A DNA stretch of 13,345 nt from an uncultured Muribaculaceae bacterium (lineage in GTDB: Bacteria; Pseudomonadota; Alphaproteobacteria; Rs-D84). Position numbers and translations under genes: made by a program. The DNA is taken from positions 77,454 to 90,798 of the forward strand of contig CAYJKO010000002.1 in NCBI GenBank assembly GCA_964371145.1, read 5' to 3'. Shown in pieces: positions 1 through 6,992 of the stretch. The notes under the pieces were generated by a model, which saw only the letters and a program-made list of their open reading frames with translations, had not been told where the DNA came from and did no database searches. Within the stretch, counting starts at the first letter, position 1; each line of letters begins with the position of its first letter.

Positions 1-1
1 A

Positions 2-133
2 ACAGGATGGATTCGTGCAGATATCTTTTTCGGATCAGGAACCGACGCATATCAATATGCCCAAGGCCAACATCAACAAGGCAGAATGTTTATATTGATG
101 CCAAAAGAATACACATATGTCCAACCCGATTAA
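2..133 (+). CDS. 3' end of an MltA-like (3D-domain) lytic murein transglycosylase gene, truncated by the left window edge
   Basis: Frame 2 is open from the window edge to TAA at 131-133. It reads TGWIRADIFFGSGTDAYQYAQGQHQQGRMFILMPKEYTYVQPD. The G-x-x-R-A-D-x-F-x-G-x-G..A...G-R-x-x-x-L-x-P-K pattern matches what I recall of the C-terminal 3D domain of MltA-type transglycosylases. It has no start codon inside the window, so it is absent from the ORF track. It is locally GC-richer than the spacers and overlaps the next gene by 17 nt. Confidence 0.5.
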   Translation, partial: TGWIRADIFFGSGTDAYQYAQGQHQQGRMFILMPKEYTYVQPD

Positions 134-449
134 TAATAAATTTTTAAAACGTTTCAGCCGTCCCAGAACATTTGCATCATCTCTTGGTAATTTGATGCAA
201 ATTATGGGAGTGGCCGCCAGCGATTCTGACCTGCTGAATCGATGGGATAAAATCATGGGATCGGACATTGCAAACATTGCTGAATTAAATGGTATTAAAT
301 CCAACAAAGAAAAAAAATTTATAATCACAATTCGTGCCAAATCACCGGCTTTTTCATTACAATTATCATATCAAAAAACCGAAATTATTGATAAAATTAA
401 TAAATATTTCGGATATGACGCAGTATCAAAAATTATTATAAAAAAATAA
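117..449 (+). CDS. DUF721 / DciA-family protein (putative replicative-helicase operator)
   Basis: 110-aa ORF with ATG start and an in-frame TGA at 96-98 upstream, so no longer version exists. The layout matches the DUF721 pattern as I remember it: N-terminal basic stretch (KRFSRPRTF), central W-x-x-I-x-G motif (LLNRWDKIMGSDIANIAEL), then 'FIITIRAKSPAFSLQLSYQKTEIIDKINKYFG' and a short terminal beta-like tail. Recognised by pattern only. Confidence 0.6.
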   Translation: MSNPINNKFLKRFSRPRTFASSLGNLMQIMGVAASDSDLLNRWDKIMGSDIANIAELNGIKSNKEKKFIITIRAKSPAFSLQLSYQKTEIIDKINKYFGYDAVSKIIIKK

Positions 450-450
450 T

Positions 451-540
451 TTAATTTTCTTTTTTTCCGTAATAAGAAATCAATGCTTTTGCATAATCTT
501 GCAGACCAGATATATATTGAAATATAATAAAATTTTTCAT
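451..540 (-). CDS. candidate unannotated small ORF (29 aa, MKNFIIFQYISGLQDYAKALISYYGKKEN)
   Basis: ATG at 540-538 is preceded by AAGGAA (553-548) with a 7-nt spacer, starting 5 nt after the stop of the upstream 97-aa gene. It is open for 29 codons to TAA (453-451) in a very AT-rich spacer where stops are frequent. It is below the ORF-track length cutoff, and I have no homology evidence. Confidence 0.25.
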   Translation of the reverse strand: MKNFIIFQYISGLQDYAKALISYYGKKEN

Positions 541-558
541 ATTAACATTCCTTTATTT

Positions 559-852
559 TTAAATTAATTTTCTTAAAGAATGTCTGGACCAATATGTTGC
601 CAATGCCGGAATCAAAAACAAAACAATTCCTGCGATATTCCAAACTGTTATCCAATTCGCCCAATCATTGTGTAATGTAACCACAGACAATTGAAACATA
701 TTTGCAACCATATTCATAAAATCATCAGAAAAACCCAACGCCCAAAAAATTATAACCAAAGAAATATTTAAAACCCAAGAATAAAACAAAAATATCTGAC
801 GGCTTTTTAAATCAGAATCAAATTGTCTGGCCTGTTCTAAATCTGTTTTCAT
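559..852 (-). CDS. small integral membrane protein of unknown function (97 aa)
   Basis: ATG start with a strong SD, GGGAGA (864-859), 6 nt upstream. There are two clear hydrophobic segments (aa 20-41 IFLFYSWVLNISLVIIFWALGF; aa 66-88 NWITVWNIAGIVLFLIPALATYW) and one borderline segment (aa 45-60). The N-terminus is charged and the C-terminal tail is short and basic (SRHSLRKLI). I do not recognise a family. Confidence 0.6.
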   Translation of the reverse strand: MKTDLEQARQFDSDLKSRQIFLFYSWVLNISLVIIFWALGFSDDFMNMVANMFQLSVVTLHNDWANWITVWNIAGIVLFLIPALATYWSRHSLRKLI

Positions 853-933
853 AATAATTCTCCCAATACATTTTATTAATAAAATAATATCAGAAAAAAT
901 TTAAAATTTTAATAGGAACGAATTCAATATTAT

Positions 934-1413
934 TTATACGGGATAACGACTGGTGTTTGCATGCGCAAGACCGATTGCAATTGCATCTGCTTCGTCTGGT
1001 GTTTTTGGATTGGCGGTTGGTAATAATAATTTTAACATACGTGTTATTTGATCTTTATCTGCATGCCCCGCCCCGGTCAAAGCTTTTTTAATTTTATTTG
1101 GTTCGTATTCAAAAACAGGGATTCCAAAATTTGCCGCCGCAACAATAGCCGCCGCGCGAGCATGTCCCAATATCAAAGTTGTTTTTGGATTTTTATTTAC
1201 GAATACAATTTCAATTGCGCATTCATCTGGTTTGTAATTTTCAATAATATTTTTTAATTCGGAAAAAATTACATTTAATCTTTCAGAAAAAGGCAAAGTT
1301 TTTTTCGGCAAAATAACACCGCTGTCTATATAACGGCGCATTGATCCGGCGGTCTCGATGACCGCCCAACCTGTGTGGATTATTCCCGGATCAATGCTGA
1401 TTATTCTTGCCAT
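934..1413 (-). CDS. ruvC: crossover junction endodeoxyribonuclease RuvC (Holliday junction resolvase)
   Basis: 159 aa, typical RuvC length. Canonical N-terminus IISIDPGIIHTGWAVIE (catalytic Asp), AIEIVFVNKNPKTTLILGHARAAA (catalytic Glu), and C-terminal PDEADAIAIGLAHA acidic motif. ATG start lies 14 nt after the yebC stop. Confidence 0.95.
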   Translation of the reverse strand: MARIISIDPGIIHTGWAVIETAGSMRRYIDSGVILPKKTLPFSERLNVIFSELKNIIENYKPDECAIEIVFVNKNPKTTLILGHARAAAIVAAANFGIPVFEYEPNKIKKALTGAGHADKDQITRMLKLLLPTANPKTPDEADAIAIGLAHANTSRYPV

Positions 1414-1427
1414 TTTTTTATTCTGTT

Positions 1428-2144
1428 TTATGCAGCTGCTGTGAAAACTTTTTGCACGTCGTCATTGTCGTCCAATGCAAAAACTAATTTTTCTAATTTG
1501 GCATAATTTTCATCATCCAAATCAACTGGCATATTTGGAATCCAAGTCAATTCCGCTTTTTCTGGTTCACCCAACGCGTCTGACAAAGATTTTTGCACAG
1601 CCATAAAATCATCTGGTTTTGTTGTGATGATATGACCCTCTTCTGACGTTTCAACATCATCTGCGCCGGCTTCCATTACAACTTCCATCATTTCATCTTC
1701 TGATTTTTTAATGTCATTTGAATAAAAAATTTGTCCCGCGCGTGTAAACATAAATACAACAGAACCCTCTTCACCCATATTGCCACCATTTTTATTAAAG
1801 ATGCTGCGGATTTCAGGAACGGTGCGTCTTGGATTATCTGTTAACGCTTCGACTATTACCGGAACAGACCCCGGTCCATAACCTTCATATCTTACCGCTA
1901 CGAAACTTTCGGTATTTGCGGATGACGCTTTATCCATCGCGCGTTTGATATTATCGTTCGGCATAGAATTTTTTCGTGCGTTCAAAATAGCCAATCGTAA
2001 TCTTGGATTATTTTCCGGATTTGGATCACCCAATTTTGTTGCCATTGTAATTTCACGTGCCAATTTAGTAAACAATCCGCTGCGTGCTGCGTCTTGCGCT
2101 CCTTTTCTGTGCATAATGTTATGCCACTTACTGTGTCCTGCCAT
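1428..2144 (-). CDS. yebC: YebC/PmpR-family transcriptional regulator (DNA-binding protein)
   Basis: The canonical family N-terminus MAGHSKWHNIMHRKGAQDAARSGLFTKLAREI begins at the ATG at 2144-2142, which is aa 50 of the 287-aa track ORF. AAAGG lies 7 nt upstream. The upstream 49 codons have no counterpart in the family and overlap the divergent ruvA start and its inferred promoter. 238 aa is the normal length. It sits directly upstream of ruvC, as in many bacteria. Confidence 0.94.
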   Translation of the reverse strand: MAGHSKWHNIMHRKGAQDAARSGLFTKLAREITMATKLGDPNPENNPRLRLAILNARKNSMPNDNIKRAMDKASSANTESFVAVRYEGYGPGSVPVIVEALTDNPRRTVPEIRSIFNKNGGNMGEEGSVVFMFTRAGQIFYSNDIKKSEDEMMEVVMEAGADDVETSEEGHIITTKPDDFMAVQKSLSDALGEPEKAELTWIPNMPVDLDDENYAKLEKLVFALDDNDDVQKVFTAAA

Positions 2145-2147
2145 AAT

Positions 2148-2176
2148 TTGACCTTTTGCTTTAATTAGATTATGAT
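2148..2176 (+). promoter_or_regulatory. candidate sigma70-type promoter for ruvA-mnmE
   Basis: TTGACC (2148-2153), 17-nt spacer, TATGAT (2171-2176), followed by AGGA (2186-2189) and the ruvA ATG at 2196. The track ORF's earlier ATG (2172) sits inside the -10 hexamer. -10-like hexamers are common in AT-rich DNA, so this is only moderately supported. Confidence 0.4.
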
Positions 2177-2195
2177 TACAAAAAAAGGATACCAA

Positions 2196-2762
2196 ATGAT
2201 AGGAAAATTGCAAGGAATTGTTGAACATATTGATAACGATTTTATAATATTGATGACAGGCGGCGTTGGATACAAAGTTTTCACTCATCAAAATTTTACA
2301 AAGGGCGATACAATTTCCCTGTGGATTGAAACTATTGTTCGCGAAGATTCATTTCGTTTGTTCGGTTTTTCCAGTATTTCAGAACAAGAATTATTTAATA
2401 ATTTAACATCCGTGTCGGGCGTTGGACCAAAGGTTGGATTATCTATTTTATCAACATTAAAACCAGATATGTTATTTTCTGCCATCGCAACGGGGGATGT
2501 TAAAACTATTTCTTCTGCGAACGGGGTTGGAAAAAAAATGGCGGAAAAAATTATTGTGGAATTAAAAAATAAAATCGGTGGAATATCATTTGATATGACA
2601 ACCAATAATAATGCTATGTCAGATTTATTGTCTGCACTGGAAACTCTTGGATACAAAAGAATTGAAACTATGGAAATGGTAACGAAATTGGTTGATAAAA
2701 ATCCAACTGCATCGGTTGAATCTTTGATACCTATGGCATTAAAAATATTAAGCGGGAAATAA
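2196..2762 (+). CDS. ruvA: Holliday junction branch migration complex subunit RuvA
   Basis: The family-typical N-terminus MIGKLQGIVEHIDNDFIILMTGGVGYKV starts at ATG 2196, with AGGA 6 nt upstream. HhH region LTSVSGVGPKVGLSILS and ISSANGVGKKMAEKIIVELK are present, plus a C-terminal domain III (LSALETLGYKRIE). The track ORF start at 2172 adds 8 non-family residues. Confidence 0.93.
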   Translation: MIGKLQGIVEHIDNDFIILMTGGVGYKVFTHQNFTKGDTISLWIETIVREDSFRLFGFSSISEQELFNNLTSVSGVGPKVGLSILSTLKPDMLFSAIATGDVKTISSANGVGKKMAEKIIVELKNKIGGISFDMTTNNNAMSDLLSALETLGYKRIETMEMVTKLVDKNPTASVESLIPMALKILSGK

Positions 2763-2764
2763 AA

Positions 2765-4069
2765 ATGAGAAACGATAAAATTTTTGCATTATCATCTGGC
2801 GCTGGAAAATCTGGCATCGCAGTTGTTCGTCTGTCGGGTGAAAATCTTTTAAATGATTTCAAAAGAATAATAAATAAAAAAACGGACATTATTCCACGTC
2901 ATTTTTATATGGCAAATATTACAAATGATAATGATGAATTGATTGATAATTGTATGGCGGTATTTTTTAATTCCCCACACAGCTTTACCGGCGATGACAT
3001 CATTGAAATTTATCCACACGGCTCGCCTGCTGTTATTGATAAATTATTTGAATTTTTAAAATCTATTAATTATCGCATTGCAGCCCCTGGTGAATTTTCC
3101 CAGCGTGCTTTTTATAATGGTAAAATGGATTTATCTGAAATAGATGGGCTGGTCGCATTGCTGGACGCAAAAACAGATAAACAAAGAACAGCCGCATTAA
3201 AATCTATGGCGGGAAATGATTCTGAAATTTATAAAAATTGGCGAGAACAAATGATTGAACTGTCCGCATATTCGGCCGCGATTTTGGATTATTCAGATGA
3301 CGAATTGCCAGGCGACATAAAAGAAAAAATTGCCAAAAAAGCCGGTGTTTTGCGTGATGAAATAAAAAAAGCATTGGAAAAATCTGATGTTTGCAATGCG
3401 ATTACAAACGGATTTAAAATCGTTTTAACGGGCGATGTTAACGTTGGAAAATCATCCATCTTTAATCGTTTCGTTGGAAAGAATCGCGCAATCGTATCAG
3501 ACGTTTGTGGTACGACGCGTGATGTCATAGATACCGAATTAAATCTGGGTGGATATTTGGTAAATTTATCAGACACCGCCGGCATCAGAGAATCGGATGA
3601 CGAGATTGAAAAAATCGGGATTGAAAAATCTTTTGAATCTGTTCGCGATGCCGATTTAATTTTGCGCGTATATGCGAACGAAATTCGCGACATAGAACCA
3701 CCGCGCGACAACGAAATTATTGTATTTAATAAATGCGATATTCGCGATATTAAAACACGCGATGAAAATGCGATTTGTATATCTGCACAAACGGGCAAAA
3801 ATTTTGAAAAATTAATTCAAAAAATTATACATAAAATTGAAATTTTAATTCAAAAAAATGAAAGCGAATTAATGGTGAACGCACGCACAAAACAATTGTT
3901 AGAAAAGACATCAAATGAATTAGACAATGCGTTAAAACATTGTGATGTTTATGATTTGTTTTCTGACCATTTAAATACGGCGGCAAACAATATCGGTAAA
4001 ATTTTGGGTATAATATCGCCCGAAGAAATTATGGACGCAACATTCAACCGTTTGTGTTTGGGCAAATAA
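2765..4069 (+). CDS. mnmE: tRNA modification GTPase MnmE (TrmE)
   Basis: 434 aa. N-terminal IFALSSGAGKSGIAVVRLSG; G domain with GDVNVGKSSIFNRF (G1), DTAGIRE (G3) and NKCD (G4); family-specific C-terminal CLGK end. The start is 2 nt after the ruvA stop, suggesting translational coupling. Confidence 0.95.
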   Translation: MRNDKIFALSSGAGKSGIAVVRLSGENLLNDFKRIINKKTDIIPRHFYMANITNDNDELIDNCMAVFFNSPHSFTGDDIIEIYPHGSPAVIDKLFEFLKSINYRIAAPGEFSQRAFYNGKMDLSEIDGLVALLDAKTDKQRTAALKSMAGNDSEIYKNWREQMIELSAYSAAILDYSDDELPGDIKEKIAKKAGVLRDEIKKALEKSDVCNAITNGFKIVLTGDVNVGKSSIFNRFVGKNRAIVSDVCGTTRDVIDTELNLGGYLVNLSDTAGIRESDDEIEKIGIEKSFESVRDADLILRVYANEIRDIEPPRDNEIIVFNKCDIRDIKTRDENAICISAQTGKNFEKLIQKIIHKIEILIQKNESELMVNARTKQLLEKTSNELDNALKHCDVYDLFSDHLNTAANNIGKILGIISPEEIMDATFNRLCLGK

Positions 4070-4070
4070 A

Positions 4071-4095
4071 AAAAACCGGCTAATTGCCGGTTTTT
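4071..4095. terminator. bidirectional rho-independent terminator (mnmE on +, 116-aa gene on -)
   Basis: AAAAACCGGC-TAATT-GCCGGTTTTT. The GC-rich stem ACCGGC/GCCGGT is flanked by an A-tract on one side and a T-tract on the other, so it reads as hairpin plus U-tract on both strands. It lies between convergent stops at 4069 and 4098. Confidence 0.8.
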
Positions 4096-4097
4096 AT

Positions 4098-4448
4098 TTA
4101 TTTATTATTTATATATTTTGCTCTATTATAGGCTTTCACCATATCTTTGGTTTTTTCTCTTTGAATTCTGAATTTATGACGTTTCAAAATAGCAAACAAT
4201 TTTTCATTTGGATTTTTTATATAAGTCGTTCGTTCAGCAACCCAATCACTCCATTCCACCAAACATACTTTACCTGCCTGCTCCAAATTGTCATCTATCA
4301 CCCTTTCCAATTCTGGGCTGTAATCCAGTGTCGCCAATAATGCATCTAATTCTTCTCTGTTATTATTTGGAAAATGAAAATCCCAATATTCTTCAAATAT
4401 TCCCTGGATTAAATCATCTATTTTTTTAAATTTTTGTACATCTATCAT
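4098..4448 (-). CDS. hypothetical protein (116 aa), no recognisable family; acidic N-terminal two-thirds, basic C-terminal tail
   Basis: ATG start with SD AAGGTG (4460-4455) 6 nt upstream. It has its own candidate promoter and a terminator immediately after the TAA stop. The composition looks protein-like (helical heptad-like pattern, W/F/Y-rich core EYWDFHF, EWSDWVAERT). I recognise no motif. Confidence 0.7.
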   Translation of the reverse strand: MIDVQKFKKIDDLIQGIFEEYWDFHFPNNNREELDALLATLDYSPELERVIDDNLEQAGKVCLVEWSDWVAERTTYIKNPNEKLFAILKRHKFRIQREKTKDMVKAYNRAKYINNK

Positions 4449-4477
4449 TCAACACACCTTTTATTTTTGTCAATATA

Positions 4478-4505
4478 AATATACTATTAATATTATAATA
4501 GTCAA
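4478..4505 (-). promoter_or_regulatory. candidate sigma70-type promoter of the 116-aa gene
   Basis: On the minus strand: TTGACT (4505-4500), 16-nt spacer, TATATT (4483-4478). This is about 30 nt upstream of the ATG at 4448, leaving room for the SD. It directly abuts the upstream terminator at 4508-4532. Confidence 0.4.
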
Positions 4506-4507
4506 AT

Positions 4508-4532
4508 AAAAACCGGCAAATTGCCGGTTTTT
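4508..4532 (-). terminator. rho-independent terminator of the acyl-CoA ligase gene
   Basis: AAAAACCGGC-AAATT-GCCGGTTTTT lies 15 nt beyond the ligase stop (4547-4549). It has the same stem as the 4071-4095 terminator and differs by one loop base. Confidence 0.75.
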
Positions 4533-4546
4533 ATTTTTTAATCCAA

Positions 4547-6121
4547 TTATTTTTGAATTGGATATTTACCATCTATCAAATTTTGACGCACAACGTGGTG
4601 GCGCACTTTTTGAGTACTGGTCAAAGGCAAATCATCTGTTGTAATTGCGAAATGGGTTACCCATTTATAGCTGGCTACTTTTTTATTTACCGCTGCAATT
4701 TCTGATGCCATTTTTTCTAATGTCACGCCTTCTTCTACGCTGAATACGGCATATGACACAGTTTTATTTTTTACTTTGTGTTCGAACACAGCAACGTTTT
4801 TAACGCCTGGCAAAGTGATATACATTCCTTCTAATTCATCAGGGTATACATTTTTACCGGAATCAAGTACGATAACCAATTTTTTACGGCCGGAAAAATG
4901 TAATTCTCCGTTTGGATCCATAAATACAAGGTCACCTGTGTTAAAGAAACCTTTGTCGTCAAAAACTTCGGCATTTGCAGCATCATTATTTAAATAACCG
5001 CCGAACACCTGATGTCCACGAACCCACAAAGTTCCAACACCGTCTTCGTTTTTATCACGGATATCGACTTCGTTATTTGTAATCGGGCCACCGAACGCAA
5101 AAGGATATCTTTTTTTATTTGGTTTAGAAATACAAATCGGCCCAACAGTTTCTGTCAATCCATAACCTTGGATAAAAGTCAAACCCAATCTTTCATAGAA
5201 AGTTTCAACTTCTGGTTTTGTTGCGGCCCCACCTGCGATTAACATACGCACGCGTCCACCGAACACATCCAAGATTTGTTTTTGAACTTTTTTAACCAAT
5301 CCGCCCAATCCCATTTTTTCTAAATCTTTTCCGTATTTCAACACGAAAGATACCAACCACCATTTTTTCTTCGCGCGAACCCCGTCGATAATTTTATTAC
5401 GGAATACTTCCCATAAACGTGGAACAGCCGGGATAACTTGTGGACGGAATTTTTTGAAATCGTCCAAGATATCTTTCGGATTAATTGTTGGTTGTAATAA
5501 CACACCTGCTCCGAAATGAACAGATGCCAAAATTTCAACTGCGAATCCGAACACGTGATACATCGGTAAAAATCCGTATAAAGTATCCCCCGGGTGAATC
5601 CATTCTTTCATATCTTCTAATGAATTTGCACATTCTGTTAAATTGAAATGTGTCAATGGAACAATTTTCGGAGTCCCTGTTGAACCTGATGTAAATGATA
5701 AAGTTGCAATATCTGTTGATTCAACATTTGCACCAACGGCCGCCGTTTTAGATTCATCTTTTGATTCAATATCAAAGAATGTAAATTTATCAGTTTTGAA
5801 AAAGAAAGATTTTTCAGCCATGATTAATTTGCAATCTACCAATTGGGCCATATTGTTATATTCAAATGGGGTCAGATTAGTATCCAACATTAAACATTTT
5901 CCACCCAAATACCAAATAGCAAATAAAGTAATTGGAAATTGTGGAATGTTATGAGATAAAATTCCAACTGCATCGCCCTTTTTAACACCTTGGTCAATCA
6001 GAGTTGCTGCGCGTTTTTTTACTAATTCTAAAAATTCTGAGTATGGCACTTTTTCACGTACCAAGAAAAGATTATCCGGATATTTTGCCGTTGTCTTTTC
6101 TAATAATTGAAACATGTTCAT
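4547..6121 (-). CDS. AMP-forming acyl-CoA synthetase / long-chain fatty-acid-CoA ligase family (ANL superfamily)
   Basis: 524 aa. Adenylate-forming enzyme motifs are present: FTSGSTGTPK (AMP-binding signature), GYGLTET, FNTGDLVFMDPNGELHFSGRKK and a C-terminal lysine-containing region. ATG start with AAGGA 9 nt upstream. Substrate cannot be inferred from the sequence alone. Confidence 0.88.
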   Translation of the reverse strand: MNMFQLLEKTTAKYPDNLFLVREKVPYSEFLELVKKRAATLIDQGVKKGDAVGILSHNIPQFPITLFAIWYLGGKCLMLDTNLTPFEYNNMAQLVDCKLIMAEKSFFFKTDKFTFFDIESKDESKTAAVGANVESTDIATLSFTSGSTGTPKIVPLTHFNLTECANSLEDMKEWIHPGDTLYGFLPMYHVFGFAVEILASVHFGAGVLLQPTINPKDILDDFKKFRPQVIPAVPRLWEVFRNKIIDGVRAKKKWWLVSFVLKYGKDLEKMGLGGLVKKVQKQILDVFGGRVRMLIAGGAATKPEVETFYERLGLTFIQGYGLTETVGPICISKPNKKRYPFAFGGPITNNEVDIRDKNEDGVGTLWVRGHQVFGGYLNNDAANAEVFDDKGFFNTGDLVFMDPNGELHFSGRKKLVIVLDSGKNVYPDELEGMYITLPGVKNVAVFEHKVKNKTVSYAVFSVEEGVTLEKMASEIAAVNKKVASYKWVTHFAITTDDLPLTSTQKVRHHVVRQNLIDGKYPIQK

Positions 6122-6215
6122 TTATTTTTTCCTTGCTTGTAATTATATTGGACAATGTGTATTATATTATAAGATAAGAAGAATGCAAACCAGAAAATGA
6201 ATAAAAGGACATTTT

Positions 6216-6983
6216 ATGAAAATATTGACTTTGAATATAAATTCCGTTCGTGCGCGTGCAGAAATGTTAATAAAAACATTGAAATCCGGGGAATATGACA
6301 CAATTTTATTACAAGAAACCAAAGTTGAAAATTCATCATTTCCTTTTATCTTGTTTGAAGATCTGGGTTATAACATAAAAATTATGGGTCAAAAAAGCTG
6401 GAACGGAGTTGCGGTATTTTCAAAACATTCTATCGAAGACGTTATATTATCTATGCCAAATTATGCGGACACAAACGCGCGATTTATTGAATGCGTAATA
6501 GATGGTCGCGTTCGTATTATCAATACATATATGCCAAACGGAGAATCAATTGATTCACCGAAATTCCCATATAAAATCGAATGGATGACGAACTTTACAA
6601 AATATATTGAACAATATTTAAACAGCGAAGAAGCCGTTATAATCGCGGGCGATTTTAATGTTGCAATCGAAGACCGCGACATTTGGAATCCGAAAAATTA
6701 TTTGGGGTCATCTATTTCTGCGCCAGAAGCGCGCGACATTATGCAACAATGGCTGGACGCTGGTTGGTTGGATACATGGCGTCATTTTCATCCAACGGAT
6801 ATCGGATTTACATGGTATGGATATCGCGGCGGAGATACCGTTGGAAAAAACCAAGGTCTGAGATTAGATTATTTTATGTTAAATAAAACAGCAGCAAAAA
6901 TGGTTAAAAATTGTGAAATAGATATGGAACCACGATTGTGTGAAAAACCATCCGATCATTGTGGATTAATGTTGGAAATTTAA
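6216..6983 (+). CDS. xth: exodeoxyribonuclease III (AP endonuclease, Xth/ExoIII family)
   Basis: 255 aa. MKILTLNINSVRAR, LLQETK, NTYMPNG, AGDFNVA, DTWRHFHP, LRLDYFML and terminal PSDHCGLMLEI are the standard EEP/ExoIII motifs in the standard order. AAGGA lies 6 nt upstream of the ATG. Confidence 0.93.
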   Translation: MKILTLNINSVRARAEMLIKTLKSGEYDTILLQETKVENSSFPFILFEDLGYNIKIMGQKSWNGVAVFSKHSIEDVILSMPNYADTNARFIECVIDGRVRIINTYMPNGESIDSPKFPYKIEWMTNFTKYIEQYLNSEEAVIIAGDFNVAIEDRDIWNPKNYLGSSISAPEARDIMQQWLDAGWLDTWRHFHPTDIGFTWYGYRGGDTVGKNQGLRLDYFMLNKTAAKMVKNCEIDMEPRLCEKPSDHCGLMLEI

Positions 6984-6992
6984 AAAATTTAA

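Noticed and set aside
1-50. Possible minus-strand gene start at ATG 50 (MRRFLIRKRYLHESIL..) running off the left edge
   Set aside because: It has no SD and resembles no family. The same nucleotides are better explained as the conserved C-terminus of the plus-strand MltA-like gene.
559-852. The 97-aa multi-TM protein considered as a phage holin
   Set aside because: Size and TM count alone are not diagnostic. There is no adjacent endolysin, spanin or any other phage gene, and the C-terminal charged tail is very short.
2172-2195. Earlier ATG for ruvA (MITKKGYQ-)
   Set aside because: RuvA proteins start MIGxLxG. ATG 2196 has a correctly spaced AGGA, whereas ATG 2172 lies within the candidate -10 hexamer.
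2100-2200. SOS/LexA operator upstream of the ruvA or yebC-ruvC units (GTTC-N7-GTTC or CTGT-N8-ACAG)
   Set aside because: I found no intact copy of either motif by eye in or near the divergent spacer. A GTTC-N7-TTCA near 2337 lies inside ruvA and is imperfect.
2145-2291. 49-codon N-terminal extension of the YebC ORF on the track (287 aa versus 238 aa)
   Set aside because: The universally conserved family N-terminus MAGHSKWHN begins at the internal ATG 2144, which has an SD. The extension has no family counterpart and would overlap the ruvA start and promoter.
3289-3798. 169-aa ORF antisense to mnmE. Similar shadow ORFs lie antisense to or out of frame with accepted genes: 35-340, 1048-1257, 1945-2151, 2288-2656, 4208-4429, 4776-4997, 5012-5242, 5338-5538, 5643-5954, 6461-6682, 6658-6861, 6683-6886, 6959-7195, 7502-7771, 8068-8316, 8506-8919, 8768-8977, 9199-9393, 10059-10367, 10342-10533, 10564-10761, 11213-11404, 11802-11984, 12101-12304 and 12888-13190.
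   Set aside because: Each lies wholly or largely inside (6959-7195 straddles the xth/addB junction) a confidently identified conserved gene on the opposite strand or in another frame. Their compositions are Ser/Phe/Ile-rich and low-complexity, typical of shadow frames. None has an SD, a promoter or a recognisable motif.
4071-4532. The 116-aa gene region considered as an integron cassette (attC), MITE or IS remnant
   Set aside because: The hairpins lack the attC core sites (RYYYAAC/GTTRRRY). No integrase or transposase is present, and no direct target duplication outside the repeats is evident. The hairpins are fully explained as terminators. The insertion idea is kept only as a hypothesis in the findings.
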